Origin: the human T2T-CHM13v2.0 reference genome, Homo sapiens
Strand: one strand, 5' to 3'
NCBI RefSeq assembly: GCF_009914755.1
Contig: NC_060940.1
DNA length: 64,000 nt
Shown here: positions 63,841 through 64,000 of the stretch, piece by piece
Position numbering within the stretch: position 1 is the stretch's first letter
Layout: the number at the start of each line of letters is the position of its first letter
Notes under the pieces: model-generated
Told to the model about the DNA's origin: nothing
The model's input: only the letters and a program-made list of their open reading frames with translations
The model's database searches: none
Translations under genes and position numbers: made by a program

Positions 63841-64000
63841 ACTTCCCGGTGCCAGGATATTTGCAGCTGTGAGATCTCCAAGGTGTTACCCAAGGCACTG
63901 TTATCCTTATGGGTTTACAAATGGCCCACATTGGCAAATACTGTATCTTCATTGGAGAGCAGGGGTCTCAAACTCAAATACTTACAGAGTTCAGGCAGCA

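Overview
Primate (human or great-ape) genomic DNA. The only supportable protein-coding feature is the terminal coding exon of SHISA9 (CKAMP44, an AMPA-receptor auxiliary subunit) on the + strand, 4246-4625, ending in the PDZ ligand ...ITNSKTEVTV*. A ~5 kb 3' UTR follows, probably ending near AATAAA 9618, and it contains a sense Alu and a young antisense, 5'-truncated L1 (L1PA3-like). The remaining ~54 kb is gene-poor and rich in transposable elements: about 14 Alus, MER41A/MER4-family ERV1 LTRs, several MaLR LTRs, a complete LTR-internal-LTR THE1A element with a 5-bp TSD, a 3.5 kb L1PB1 nested in older L1M, Tigger2a/MER58/MER20/Charlie fossils, a GGAA microsatellite and a ~790 bp polypyrimidine tract. 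I find no convincing new gene system. The best leads are: the 3'-UTR L1 (in-frame host-L1 ORF2 chimeric ORF, short 3' transduction, no TSD, donated poly(A) signal), a distant-branch-point/(CT)15 acceptor on the SHISA9 last exon, and a cluster of THE1 LTRs retaining DUX4 motifs. Subfamily calls come from recalled consensus sequences, not a RepeatMasker run.
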